A stretch of DNA of 64,000 nucleotides, from NCBI GenBank assembly GCA_964401575.1, contig CAYNZC010000006.1:1887-65886 (forward strand). The letters are read 5' to 3'. Position numbers and translations under genes: made by a program. Below the pieces are notes generated by a model. The model saw nothing but the letters and a program-made list of their open reading frames with translations. It was not told where the DNA came from and did no database searches. Shown in pieces: positions 46,307-55,171 of the stretch (its first letter is position 1; the number at the start of each line of letters is the position of its first letter). Source of the DNA: an uncultured Verrucomicrobiota bacterium (lineage in GTDB: Bacteria > Verrucomicrobiota > Verrucomicrobiia > Limisphaerales > UBA8199).

Positions 46307-46810
46307 ATGAATACCACTGCCAAAAATCTGGAGGAAGCGTTCGCGGGTGAAAGTCAGGCCAGCCAGAAGTATCTCGCGTTTGCGAAGAAGGCTGAGAAAG
46401 ACGGATTTGCGAATATCGCGAAGCTATTTCGAACGGCCGCCCAAGCCGAGCGCATCCATGCGGAGGGACACCTTGGCGCGATGGACGGCATCGGGTCCAC
46501 GGCGGACAACCTCGTCACCGCAATCACCAATGAAACCTACGAATTCACAACGATGTATCCGCCGATGATCGAGCAAGCCGTGGCTGACGGGCACAAGGCC
46601 AAACGGATGTTCGATTATGCGTCCAAGGCGGAGGCTGTGCATGCGGAGCTTTACAAGATGGCGCTCGAGGCGGTTCGGGAGGGAAGAGACCTGCCAGAGG
46701 ATAAGATCTATCTCTGCCCTGTGTGCGGCCACATCGAGTTTGGGACGCCGCCGGAGACCTGTCCGATCTGCAAGGCAAAAGGATCGAGCTACGTGCAGGT
46801 GAGTGGTTAG
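46307..46810 (+). CDS. rbr: rubrerythrin
   Basis: Ferritin-like di-iron domain (EAFAGESQASQKY, ERIHAEGH, EAVHAELY) plus C-terminal rubredoxin CPVCGH...CPICKA. Confidence 0.93.
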   Translation: MNTTAKNLEEAFAGESQASQKYLAFAKKAEKDGFANIAKLFRTAAQAERIHAEGHLGAMDGIGSTADNLVTAITNETYEFTTMYPPMIEQAVADGHKAKRMFDYASKAEAVHAELYKMALEAVREGRDLPEDKIYLCPVCGHIEFGTPPETCPICKAKGSSYVQVSG

Positions 46811-47022
46811 CGACGTAAGGCCTGCGGCCCCCGATTGGTGATCTCCAGCGACGGCGGTCGGAACTCGCGTAAAGAGGGAATTTGCGTACTGCAACTGATT
46901 CCGTGAGCGATTGCGGGTCGCGCGTCGAATTGTTGCGGCGCGGGGCCCGATCCATGATGATCAGAGATATGGTCCTGGCCGGTCTGCTGCTTTCGTTTCG
47001 AGCAGCACATCGGGAGGCGGGG

Positions 47023-47976
47023 TTAATCCGTCCGGGAGGGGTTGGGCCAGGAGCGAGACTTGGGTTTTGGGCCGGCGGGGCCGCCTTCGATCTGGCGCAC
47101 AAGCCAGTTTAAGCCGTCCAGGTTATCCTGCAGCCGCGCTTCCGCATCAGCTTCGACGGTGTGATTCAGAATTCCTATGGGCCCGAACCATCCACTGTCC
47201 TTGATGATCCGGAGCAGTTGCAGATCCAGATCTCCCTGTCCGAGCGGGAGAATTTTTTTGCCTGTTGTTTCGCCGTCCCTGGTCATTCCGTTCAGGTTCA
47301 TGGCCAGCAGGTAGGGTTTGATTTTGGCGAGGAGCTGCGGAAAGCGATCGAGGTGGGTATGGCCGTGATGCTGGTTATACACAATGCCTACGTTTGTGCA
47401 TCCGCGTGATTTAAGCAGCTCGATGATTTCGATCTGGTTCTCCGGTTCGCCGAACCACCCTCCATGGTTATACAGGGCGACGCTGCTGCGGATATGGGCC
47501 GCAGCCTCGGCGATGGCTTGTATGCGCCGGGACTCGGCCTCCACACGGGCTTTCTGCTCCGCCTGATCTTTCGCAGGTTCACCTCCGCCAGTCACCCAGA
47601 GCTGAACGTTGCGCAGATCGTGTCGCTTGAGCACATCCAGAATCCCGCGCGCTTCGTCATTGAGTTCTCCGGGGAACCACCAGGCAAGCAGCCGGATGTG
47701 GTGTCGTTTGAGAGCTTCCATCTCGGCGTCAAAGGTGGGTATATGCTCGGCTCTGTAGTCGTAAGCGAGCAGGGTGAGGCCGAGTCTCTGGAGCATGGCA
47801 GCCCGCGCCTCAGGACCCCGTCTCGCGGCGTCAAAAGGTACAATGCACCACGCCGCGAGGTTTGTGCAGGCGAAGAGACCGGGAGGGGCGGCGTTGCCGG
47901 CAGTGGCGGCGGTTATTGTCAGCGCGGACGCGCACAGGAGAAGGAAGGCTGTGATTCTTGTGTGGAAAGAGTTCAT
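47023..47976 (-). CDS. secreted sugar-phosphate isomerase/epimerase (xylose-isomerase-like TIM barrel)
   Basis: Signal peptide MNSFHTRITAFLLLCASALTITAATA. TIM-barrel pattern with NVGIVYNQHHGH and GPIGILNH. ATG 47976. Confidence 0.78.
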   Translation of the reverse strand: MNSFHTRITAFLLLCASALTITAATAGNAAPPGLFACTNLAAWCIVPFDAARRGPEARAAMLQRLGLTLLAYDYRAEHIPTFDAEMEALKRHHIRLLAWWFPGELNDEARGILDVLKRHDLRNVQLWVTGGGEPAKDQAEQKARVEAESRRIQAIAEAAAHIRSSVALYNHGGWFGEPENQIEIIELLKSRGCTNVGIVYNQHHGHTHLDRFPQLLAKIKPYLLAMNLNGMTRDGETTGKKILPLGQGDLDLQLLRIIKDSGWFGPIGILNHTVEADAEARLQDNLDGLNWLVRQIEGGPAGPKPKSRSWPNPSRTD

Positions 47977-48372
47977 GGTCGCATTGTAAAGCACCGGAAT
48001 CCGCGCGGGAACTCTAACAACGCAGTACATTGAGCACACGGAAATTTTGCTACAGGGAAATTTCTGCACGAGATGGGTGACCCTATCGCGGTCCTCGTGC
48101 CTGTGTTGCGCCGTCCCCCGATCAGGGCGCGTTTAGCCGCCCGGCCGCGTTGAACCATACGGCTCTGGTTGTGAACACCCATTGCTTCCAAGCCGCTCGT
48201 TGCCATGGCTTGGAGCGAGTCCCGCGAAAACGGAGAAACCGGGGCAGGAATCGGATCGAGGAATTACCTGATTTGGAAGCGTCGCGAGTGCGGATCAGAA
48301 GCCAAAATGACTTTCACGTGAGAACATCCTGCGGTATGTTGACGTGTGTCGGTTTCCAGGCCAATTCCAGTG

Positions 48373-48597
48373 ATGAAAATGCCGGTAAATGTTGAAGAGA
48401 CGATTGGTAAGGTGGTTGGTCATCGGACCGCGACGCCTGATCCATTGAAAGTGAGCGGCGATTCGAGGGCGCGCTCCAGAGCCTGGCGCAAGGCTTTTGG
48501 CGGTATTCGCGTGCCAAAGGGCGTTCACAGATTTCGCACACACGAGGAAGCAGAAGAGTGGTTATGGAAAATGATCACCCGGCCGCGCCGGAGTTAG
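48373..48597 (+). CDS. small hypothetical protein, candidate partner of the downstream nucleotidyltransferase-fold protein
   Basis: 74 aa from ATG 48373 (the track start is GTG 48346). Ends ...PKGVHRFRTHEEAEEWLWKMI. Overlaps the next ORF by about 35 nt. Confidence 0.35.
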   Translation: MKMPVNVEETIGKVVGHRTATPDPLKVSGDSRARSRAWRKAFGGIRVPKGVHRFRTHEEAEEWLWKMITRPRRS

Positions 48598-49079
48598 AGC
48601 CACGCGAACCCACTGTAGAGGATTTGCGGGATCTCTGCCGCGAGTTGAACAGGCGGGCTGCTTCCTATGTGGTTGTAGGCGGCTGGGCGATGCGAGCCGC
48701 AGGTTACAACCGCTTGACGATGGATGTGGATTTGTTAGTTGCGAGCGACGAGACAAACGAGGCTAAAGTCTTTTCAGCCCTGGCCACTCTGCCCGACAAC
48801 GCTGTGCGTGACCTAAAGCCTGGCGAACTCAAACAATACAATGTTATTCGTGTCGCCGACGAGATCCCGGTGAATCTGATGTGCTCGGCCGCTGGGATTG
48901 ACTACGCGGAAGCTGCCAGGGATGTCGTGGTGCGGGAGATCGACAGTGTGTCGATTCCGTTTGCGTCTCCCCGCCTTCTTTATCGAATGAAAGCGGCTAC
49001 CCATCGTGAGAAGGATGCGGCAGACCTCATCTTCCTGCGGCAATGGTTTGAGCAACACGGGCAGAAACTTCCTGGATAA
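48564..49079 (+). CDS. nucleotidyltransferase-fold protein (MNT / AbiEii / DUF6036-like), putative TA or defence component
   Basis: VVVGGWAMRAAGYNRLTMDVDLLV (G-x-G ... DxD NTase motif). C-terminal HREKDAADLIFL. Confidence 0.5.
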   Translation: MENDHPAAPELEPREPTVEDLRDLCRELNRRAASYVVVGGWAMRAAGYNRLTMDVDLLVASDETNEAKVFSALATLPDNAVRDLKPGELKQYNVIRVADEIPVNLMCSAAGIDYAEAARDVVVREIDSVSIPFASPRLLYRMKAATHREKDAADLIFLRQWFEQHGQKLPG

Positions 49080-49099
49080 GCTTGCCTGTCCAACAGTAG

Positions 49100-49122
49100 C
49101 TGACCGATTTGCTTTTTGTGCG
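49100..49122 (+). repeat. partial third copy of the 54-nt repeat (5' half only)
   Basis: CTGACCGATTTGCTTTTTGTGCG versus CTGACAGGAATTTGCTTTTTGTGCG in copy B. Starts 21 nt after the NTase-fold gene stop. Confidence 0.5.
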
Positions 49123-49127
49123 TTCAA

Positions 49128-49136
49128 GGGGGGGGG
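49128..49136 (+). repeat. homopolymeric G9 tract
   Basis: ttcaaGGGGGGGGGcaag, immediately after repeat copy C. Confidence 0.9.
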
Positions 49137-49390
49137 CAAGCGCCAAGGACGGTGAGCGTTGAGTTTGCGTGGGGCTCTTCCGAAAAAGTTCGGGATCCCG
49201 ATCACCGCCAGGAAACCGGCTTGTTGGTTCGATGGTTTGGAATCCGGAGCGGCGAGGGAAACGGGGACGGTTGGGCCCCTGGTTCCGGGGGAGAGGTTGG
49301 GGACGACGTGAAAATCGCCCGTAGATGGCATGCTTGTCTTACACTGCGGCAGAGAATACCCTTTAAAGCTTGTTGGCTAGAGGGAAACCT

Positions 49391-49849
49391 ATGAAATGCC
49401 CAGCGTGCAGTAACAATTTAAAAGTGTGGCAGGTTGGCGCCATCGAAGTGGATGTGTGCGATGAAGGGTGCGGCGGCGTGTGGTTTGATGCTTTCGAGCT
49501 TCAAAAAGCCGGGCGGGCCCGGGAGACCGTGGCCGCGAAACTCAACACCGTGCGGCGCGATGAAGCGGTGGTTGTTGATTTGATGGCCAAGCGCGGCTGT
49601 CCCCGCTGCGAGGGTGTGAAATTGAAGCGGCATTTTTTCAGTCCCACGACAAAGGTGCATGTGGATCAGTGTCCGAGTTGTGGCGGTTACTGGCTGGATT
49701 ACGGGGAACTATCGCTGATCTACCAGGAAACCAGCGGCAAGGCGGCAGCTCGGGCAGGTCGTCCGGAAATGTCCATGGACGTGATCCGGTTCCTTTACCG
49801 GCTTAAGACCGCAAAAGCGGAGGGCTCTACCCCGTCCGCAACAGAATAG
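49391..49849 (+). CDS. double TFIIB-type zinc-ribbon protein
   Basis: Two copies of the CPxC...C..CGG.W.D..EL unit (MKCPACSNNL...CDEGCGGVWFDAFEL; CPRCEGVKL...CPSCGGYWLDYGEL). Confidence 0.7.
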   Translation: MKCPACSNNLKVWQVGAIEVDVCDEGCGGVWFDAFELQKAGRARETVAAKLNTVRRDEAVVVDLMAKRGCPRCEGVKLKRHFFSPTTKVHVDQCPSCGGYWLDYGELSLIYQETSGKAAARAGRPEMSMDVIRFLYRLKTAKAEGSTPSATE

Positions 49850-49856
49850 GCAGAGC

Positions 49857-51431
49857 ATGGCCCGTCCGGAAACCCGCGCTCGAACGACCGTTGACTCGCC
49901 CCTGACACTGGAGGTGCCGGCGGGGTTGCGGCGCTATTTGTATTTCACGGCCATGGTGACCGGTGGCGCCATCATGGTGATCGAGATTCTCGGGGCCAAA
50001 CTGCTGTCGCCTTACCTGGGCACTTCCCACTTTGTCTGGACGGCGCAGATCGCGGTCACCCTGATCGCGCTTGCGTGCGGCTATTATGCCGGGGGGCGCC
50101 TTGCGGACCGGAAACAAAAGCTTCCGCTTTTGTACTGGGCGATTCTGGGCGCGGCGCTTTACTGCGCGCTGACGCTACTGGTGATCGAGCCTGTGGCGTA
50201 TTGGGCGCTGGATTTCAACCTCGCTGCCGGATCACTGCTGGCGTCTGCGGTGCTGTTTTTCATTCCTTTGGCGCTGCTTGCCATGACGGGACCTTTCCTG
50301 GTGCGCATCATCACATCGAGCGTGTGGAACGTTGGGGGCAACGTGGGGCGCCTGACGGCGCTCGGCACCGTGGGCAGCTTTGCCGGGACGCTGCTTGTGG
50401 GATATGCCGTGATTCCATTCCTGCCGAACTCGGTCACCCTTTACCTGACCTGTCTGCTGCTGGGATTGGTGTGCGCCGGTTACTTTTTACTGTATCACAG
50501 GAAATCGCTCGTGCCGGGCGCGCTGGTGATCGCGCTGTGCGGTGTCACGTGGCCGTTTGCCACCGAGGGGCGGACTTACCATCAAACGATCGAGCGGTAC
50601 CGGGGGAACTCGAATTTTGGACGGTTGCAGGTTGTTGAATCGAAGAGTGGATCCGTGCGGTATTATTTGAATGACAACCTGGTGCAGAACACGTATGACC
50701 CCGCTGCGCGCCAGAGCGTGTCGGTGTTCACATACATGCTCTCGGGCATGGCCGAGGCCTACACCACAAACATCCAGGATGTGCTCTGCATCGGGATGGG
50801 CGTCGGGATTGTGCCGATGCATTTTGCGGACAAGGGGGTGAACGTGGATGTGGTGGAAATCAACCCTGCAGTGGTGCCGGTGGCGGAAAAGTGGTTTGAT
50901 TTCGATGCGAAAAAGGTCCGGCTGGTGATTGATGATGGACGGCATTTCCTGAACCGCTGCGACAAGACCTACGATGCCGTTGTGCTGGACGCGTTTCTGG
51001 GGGATTCCTCGCCGTCGCACCTGATGACCCGCGAGGCGTTCGCATCTGTCAGGAAATCGTTGCGTCCCGGCGGAGTGCTGGTGATTAACATGTTTGGGGA
51101 AGTGGAGCCCGGGAAAGATTTCTTTACAGCCTCGCTTGCCAGGACCCTGCGGGCGGTGTTCAAGGGTGTGCGGATGCACGGTCTGGGCGATGGCGCGGTA
51201 TTCTTCACCGCCACGGACCGGGAGGAGCCGCAATTTTTGCGTGTGCCGGACTCTGAATTGGTGCATCCGGCTGTGCGCGACGAGTTTGAACGAACGATGG
51301 CCAGTGCCGTTGCGACGGATCCCGCGAGCGGGCGCGTCCTTACAGACAATTACAACCCGGTGGAGTATTATGATGCGAAGAATCGCGAGGTGACGAGACG
51401 CCGGCTCGCCCTCGCGTTTAGGGGCCTGTGA
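49857..51431 (+). CDS. membrane-fused spermidine-synthase-like (aminopropyltransferase / SAM-MTase fold) protein
   Basis: About 7 TM helices, then VLCIGMGVGIVPMHF, VDVVEINPAVV and YDAVVLDAF motifs. Confidence 0.8.
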   Translation: MARPETRARTTVDSPLTLEVPAGLRRYLYFTAMVTGGAIMVIEILGAKLLSPYLGTSHFVWTAQIAVTLIALACGYYAGGRLADRKQKLPLLYWAILGAALYCALTLLVIEPVAYWALDFNLAAGSLLASAVLFFIPLALLAMTGPFLVRIITSSVWNVGGNVGRLTALGTVGSFAGTLLVGYAVIPFLPNSVTLYLTCLLLGLVCAGYFLLYHRKSLVPGALVIALCGVTWPFATEGRTYHQTIERYRGNSNFGRLQVVESKSGSVRYYLNDNLVQNTYDPAARQSVSVFTYMLSGMAEAYTTNIQDVLCIGMGVGIVPMHFADKGVNVDVVEINPAVVPVAEKWFDFDAKKVRLVIDDGRHFLNRCDKTYDAVVLDAFLGDSSPSHLMTREAFASVRKSLRPGGVLVINMFGEVEPGKDFFTASLARTLRAVFKGVRMHGLGDGAVFFTATDREEPQFLRVPDSELVHPAVRDEFERTMASAVATDPASGRVLTDNYNPVEYYDAKNREVTRRRLALAFRGL

Positions 51432-51440
51432 GAAAGATTT

Positions 51441-53339
51441 ATGCAGACTGAAGACACACTCCCGAAGGAGCGAAAGACACTGGACGAGCGGCATCGGATG
51501 AACGAGCTGGAGCGCATGCGCCATTCCTGCGCGCATGTGATGGCCACGGCCATTCTGCGGCTTTGGCCCGATGCGCAGTTTGCGTCCGGCCCGGCGGTCG
51601 AGAACGGGTATTACTACGACGTGGATCTCAAACATCGGATCAGCCCCGAAGATTTCCCGAAAATCGAGGAGGAGATGAAGAAAGAGATCAAGGCGAACCA
51701 CATGTTTGAAAAAGTCGTGGTGACGCGCGAGCAGGCGATTGCGGACGCGCGCAGCGGACGGTTGGGCGGGTTGAGCGATCGGCCGGATAATCCCAGCAGG
51801 TTCAAGCTGGGCAATCTCGATGACATTCCAGAGAGCGAAGCGATTTCCTATTATCGGAACGGGGATTTTGTGGACCTGTGCGCGGGGCCGCACGTGATGC
51901 GCACGGGCAATATCGGCGCGTTTCGGCTGACCAGCGTGGCATCGGCCTATTACAAGGGCGATGAGCGCAACCCGCAGCTACAGCGGATTTACGGCACTGC
52001 CTTCAAGAATAAGACGGAGCTGGAAGCCTACTTCAAGATGCTCGAGGAGGCCAAAAAGCGCGATCATCGCAAGATTGGCGCCGAGATGGGCCTCTACGTC
52101 ATTGACACGGAATATGTGGGCCCCGGGATGCCGATGTGGATGCCCAAGGGCGCTGCGATTGTTGAAGCGCTGGAGCAGCTTGCGAAGGAGACGGAGTTCG
52201 AGGCCGGCTACCAGCGGGTGCGCACGCCTCATCTGGCCCGTGAAAAGATGTACAAGACATCCGGGCATCTGCCTTACTACCAGGACAGCATGTTTCCGCC
52301 AATGGAAATGGCCGAGGACGGCAAGGCTCCGGCGGCCTCCGCCGCGCAAAGCGACGCCGCGGAAACAAACCGGTATTACCTGAAGGCGATGAATTGCCCG
52401 CATCACCACCGGATCTTCTCGGCGGAGCCCCGCAGTTACCGGGATCTGCCGCTGCGCATGGCAGAATACGGCTGCTGCTACCGCTACGAGCAATCCGGGG
52501 AACTGTTCGGCCTGATGCGTGTGCGTTCCCTGAACATGAACGACGCGCACATCTACTGCACGGAGGATCAGTTTGCGGCGGAATTCAACGCCGTTAACGA
52601 GATGTACCTAAAGTATTTCAAGATCTTTGGCATCGAGAAGTACGTGATGCGTTTCAGCACCCATGATCCTTCCAAGCTCGGCCAGAAGTTCGTGGACGAG
52701 CCGGAGCTGTGGAAAAAGACCGAGGACATGGTTCGCAAAGTGTTGATTGATTCGGGGATCAATTACATCGAAGTGCCGAACGAGGCGGCCTTTTACGGGC
52801 CGAAGATTGATGTGCAGGTGTGGAGCGTGATCGGGCGCGAATTCACCCTGGCGACCAACCAGGTGGATTTTGCCGTGCCGAAGCGTTTCGGGCTTGTCTA
52901 TCGCGATCGCGACAACACAGAGAAGACTCCGCTGTGCATTCACCGCGCCCCGCTCGGGACGCACGAGCGGTTTATCGGCTTTTTGATCGAGCATTACGCC
53001 GGCAACTTCCCGCTGTGGCTCGCGCCCGAGCAGGTGCGCGTGCTGACCATTGGCGAGGATCAAGCGCTCGTTGATTACGCCAACTCGATCGTGCGCGAGT
53101 TGCGCCGGAACATGGTCCGCACCGAGAGCGACTTCAGCGCGGACAAGATCAACGGGAAGGTTCAGCGCGCCGAACAGGAGAAAGTGCACACGATGCTGGT
53201 GGTAGGCCCTCGGGACATGCAGAGCGGGGCTGTGAGCGTGCGCGTGCATGGAAAAGGCAGCCTGGGCGCCCGGCCCAGGGCCGAGGCCATTGCCGAGATC
53301 CTCACCTCCATCAAAGAACGAAAAAGTTCCGCGGCGTAG
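51441..53339 (+). CDS. thrS: threonine--tRNA ligase
   Basis: Editing-domain HSCAHVMA. Class II motifs (FRLTSVASAYYKGDE, MNCPHHHRIF, YRYEQSGEL, RVRSLNMNDAHIY, HRAPLGTHERFIG). Anticodon-binding domain. Confidence 0.97.
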   Translation: MQTEDTLPKERKTLDERHRMNELERMRHSCAHVMATAILRLWPDAQFASGPAVENGYYYDVDLKHRISPEDFPKIEEEMKKEIKANHMFEKVVVTREQAIADARSGRLGGLSDRPDNPSRFKLGNLDDIPESEAISYYRNGDFVDLCAGPHVMRTGNIGAFRLTSVASAYYKGDERNPQLQRIYGTAFKNKTELEAYFKMLEEAKKRDHRKIGAEMGLYVIDTEYVGPGMPMWMPKGAAIVEALEQLAKETEFEAGYQRVRTPHLAREKMYKTSGHLPYYQDSMFPPMEMAEDGKAPAASAAQSDAAETNRYYLKAMNCPHHHRIFSAEPRSYRDLPLRMAEYGCCYRYEQSGELFGLMRVRSLNMNDAHIYCTEDQFAAEFNAVNEMYLKYFKIFGIEKYVMRFSTHDPSKLGQKFVDEPELWKKTEDMVRKVLIDSGINYIEVPNEAAFYGPKIDVQVWSVIGREFTLATNQVDFAVPKRFGLVYRDRDNTEKTPLCIHRAPLGTHERFIGFLIEHYAGNFPLWLAPEQVRVLTIGEDQALVDYANSIVRELRRNMVRTESDFSADKINGKVQRAEQEKVHTMLVVGPRDMQSGAVSVRVHGKGSLGARPRAEAIAEILTSIKERKSSAA

Positions 53340-53368
53340 GCTGGCGGAACACTCATCAGATTTTGTGC

Positions 53369-53405
53369 AATGCGTCGGCTTGTTGCGCCAGCGCATTTTG
53401 CTATT
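53369..53405 (+). terminator. candidate intrinsic terminator after thrS
   Basis: AATGCGTCGGC-ttgtt-GCGCCAGCGCATT imperfect stem followed by TTTGCTATTT. Confidence 0.45.
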
Positions 53406-53557
53406 TCCATCCTTCCCTTTCAGCGCGCCGTTGTGCGGCGGGGCATCTCGGCTGAGCGGAACAAAACAGACCAGCCTTGGAATCAAAGGTGCCGATGCGC
53501 GCCGCGCCTGCGAGCTCCAAAGACGGAAAACCCCATAAAATCCGGTGAAAACCGGTG

Positions 53558-53572
53558 TGGCACGAACTTAGC
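53558..53572 (+). promoter_or_regulatory. candidate sigma-54 (-24/-12) promoter
   Basis: TGGCACGaactTAGC versus consensus TGGCACG-N4-TTGC, one mismatch. Intergenic, pointing at the 53.6-56.1 kb gene set. An NtrC-type activator is encoded 2.6 kb away. Confidence 0.5.
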
Positions 53573-53920
53573 TAAAGAGAATTGCCGGCTGCGCGCGCAG
53601 GGAACTGCCGCGCAGGATAACAAGGTTGAAATGCCTATGAAGCGAACTCATAAGCTGCATGCAGCCCTGGAAAACATCGGAGCGATCCTGGGTTGCGGCC
53701 TGTCACTTCAAGGGCGGGATGTTTCTGAAAACAACAAACCAGAGAGATGATCGATCACCCATACGAGCGGAACTGGAGGATGCCTTCTGACGATGAACGA
53801 CGCCTTTTGGAGACGACAGGCGGGCGCAACGGCAGTTCGCGTTCGCGCCGGCCCGGGCAGGTGACGGGGTTGCGGGGCAGCGGATCCCGTTGGCGGCCTT
53901 TGGCGAACCGGCGTCCAAAT

Positions 53921-55171
53921 ATGCTGATCGTGGGCGCCTCGGGGCATGTGGCGCAAGCGTTCCTGTTGCGGTTGCAAGCCAGGCGGGACGAATTTGAGCG
54001 CCTTGTGCTTTTGGATCAAACCGACCGAGTGGTTGAGGACGCGTTTCTGGACCACGAGCGTTTGGATTACCTGTTTTTGCAGCGCCGGCTCTGTCTGCCG
54101 CAGGATACGCGCTGGTTTCATGAGTTGCTGGCCCGGCATCAGATTGACATCGTTCTGGACCTGACGGACCTGGACACGCTGCCGATCCTGGAGGCCACGG
54201 ATGCGGCCGGAGTTTCCTATGTGAACACCGCATTAAACGACGCGCGGCGCGGCGTGGGAGAGATTGTTTCGCTCCTGCATCCGATCCGCGAGGAGAAGCG
54301 GAACGCGGCGCATATCATCAGCTCGGGCATGAATCCCGGGGTGGTGAACATCTGGGTTTGGCACTGTTTTAAGCAATACGGGGCACCGCGCGAGATTATT
54401 CATTTCGAATATGACACATCGATGCCTGTGACCGGCTGGAGGCCAATGATCACCTGGTCGCGGCAGGAGTTTCTTACCGAGACCCTTTATGAGCCGACCG
54501 GCCTGGTGTTGGATGGGAAGCTGAAGATGTTCGAGACCAACTCTTTTGTGAATCGGCAGGACATGCGAGCCGTCATGGAGCCGGTGCTCGCCATGGAGCG
54601 GTACCCGTCCGGGTTGCTGGTGCTGCATGAAGAGAACGTGAAACTGGGGCAGAAACTTGGCGCCTCGTCGAAGTACCTGTATGCGGTTCATCCCAGGACG
54701 ATGGATTATCTCGATCGGCTGTGGAAGGAGCAGGGCAGGGTGGAGATCGGGGACCTGGAGCTGGGAGACAACACAACGACGCCGCTGACCGGCTCGGACA
54801 CGATCGGGGTGTGCCTGAAGTATCCTGAGAAGCGGGTCTATTACCTGCACAGTCTGGACAACTCGGAGGTGACCGGGACCAATGCGACGTGCGCGCAGGT
54901 GTCAGTGGGGGTGGACGCGGCATTGACGACGCTGTTGCGGGAGCGGCTCTCGCCGCGCCTGTATTTCGCCAGCGACCTTTACGACACCGTTTACACCCGT
55001 GCTGTTTTCAGCAGCCTGCGAGTGGAACGGTTTGAGATGGCCGGGAAGCGGCGGTCGGCGGGTGTTGTTTCGAGCAAGTGGAGGTGTAGAAATGAAATCA
55101 GAACTGAAGAACAGAGTATTGCTGGCCAGTGCGGACGCGAGTTTCCGCAGGACGCTCACGCCGGCGCTTGA
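53921..55171 (+). CDS. saccharopine-dehydrogenase-like NAD(P)-binding protein
   Basis: MLIVGASGHVAQAF Rossmann start. About 415 aa. Alternative start ATG 53747 adds an Arg/Gly-rich 58-aa head. 3' end overlaps the next gene by 80 nt. Confidence 0.6.
   Translation: MLIVGASGHVAQAFLLRLQARRDEFERLVLLDQTDRVVEDAFLDHERLDYLFLQRRLCLPQDTRWFHELLARHQIDIVLDLTDLDTLPILEATDAAGVSYVNTALNDARRGVGEIVSLLHPIREEKRNAAHIISSGMNPGVVNIWVWHCFKQYGAPREIIHFEYDTSMPVTGWRPMITWSRQEFLTETLYEPTGLVLDGKLKMFETNSFVNRQDMRAVMEPVLAMERYPSGLLVLHEENVKLGQKLGASSKYLYAVHPRTMDYLDRLWKEQGRVEIGDLELGDNTTTPLTGSDTIGVCLKYPEKRVYYLHSLDNSEVTGTNATCAQVSVGVDAALTTLLRERLSPRLYFASDLYDTVYTRAVFSSLRVERFEMAGKRRSAGVVSSKWRCRNEIRTEEQSIAGQCGREFPQDAHAGA

Noticed and set aside
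50487-51893. 468-aa antisense ORF across the speE-like gene and the thrS start. The same situation applies to 57084-58388 and 56124-57071 opposite the kinase/NtrC genes, and 62226-63458 opposite nhaP2.
   Set aside because: The same shadow-ORF reasoning applies. The sense-strand genes are unambiguous.
53521-53565. Cobalamin-riboswitch-like fragment AATCCGGTGAAAACCGGTGTGGCAC
   Set aside because: It resembles only the CCGGTGA(A/G)AATCCGG portion. The B12 box (GCCACTG) and the flanking helices are absent. The TGGCAC is better explained as a sigma-54 -24 element.
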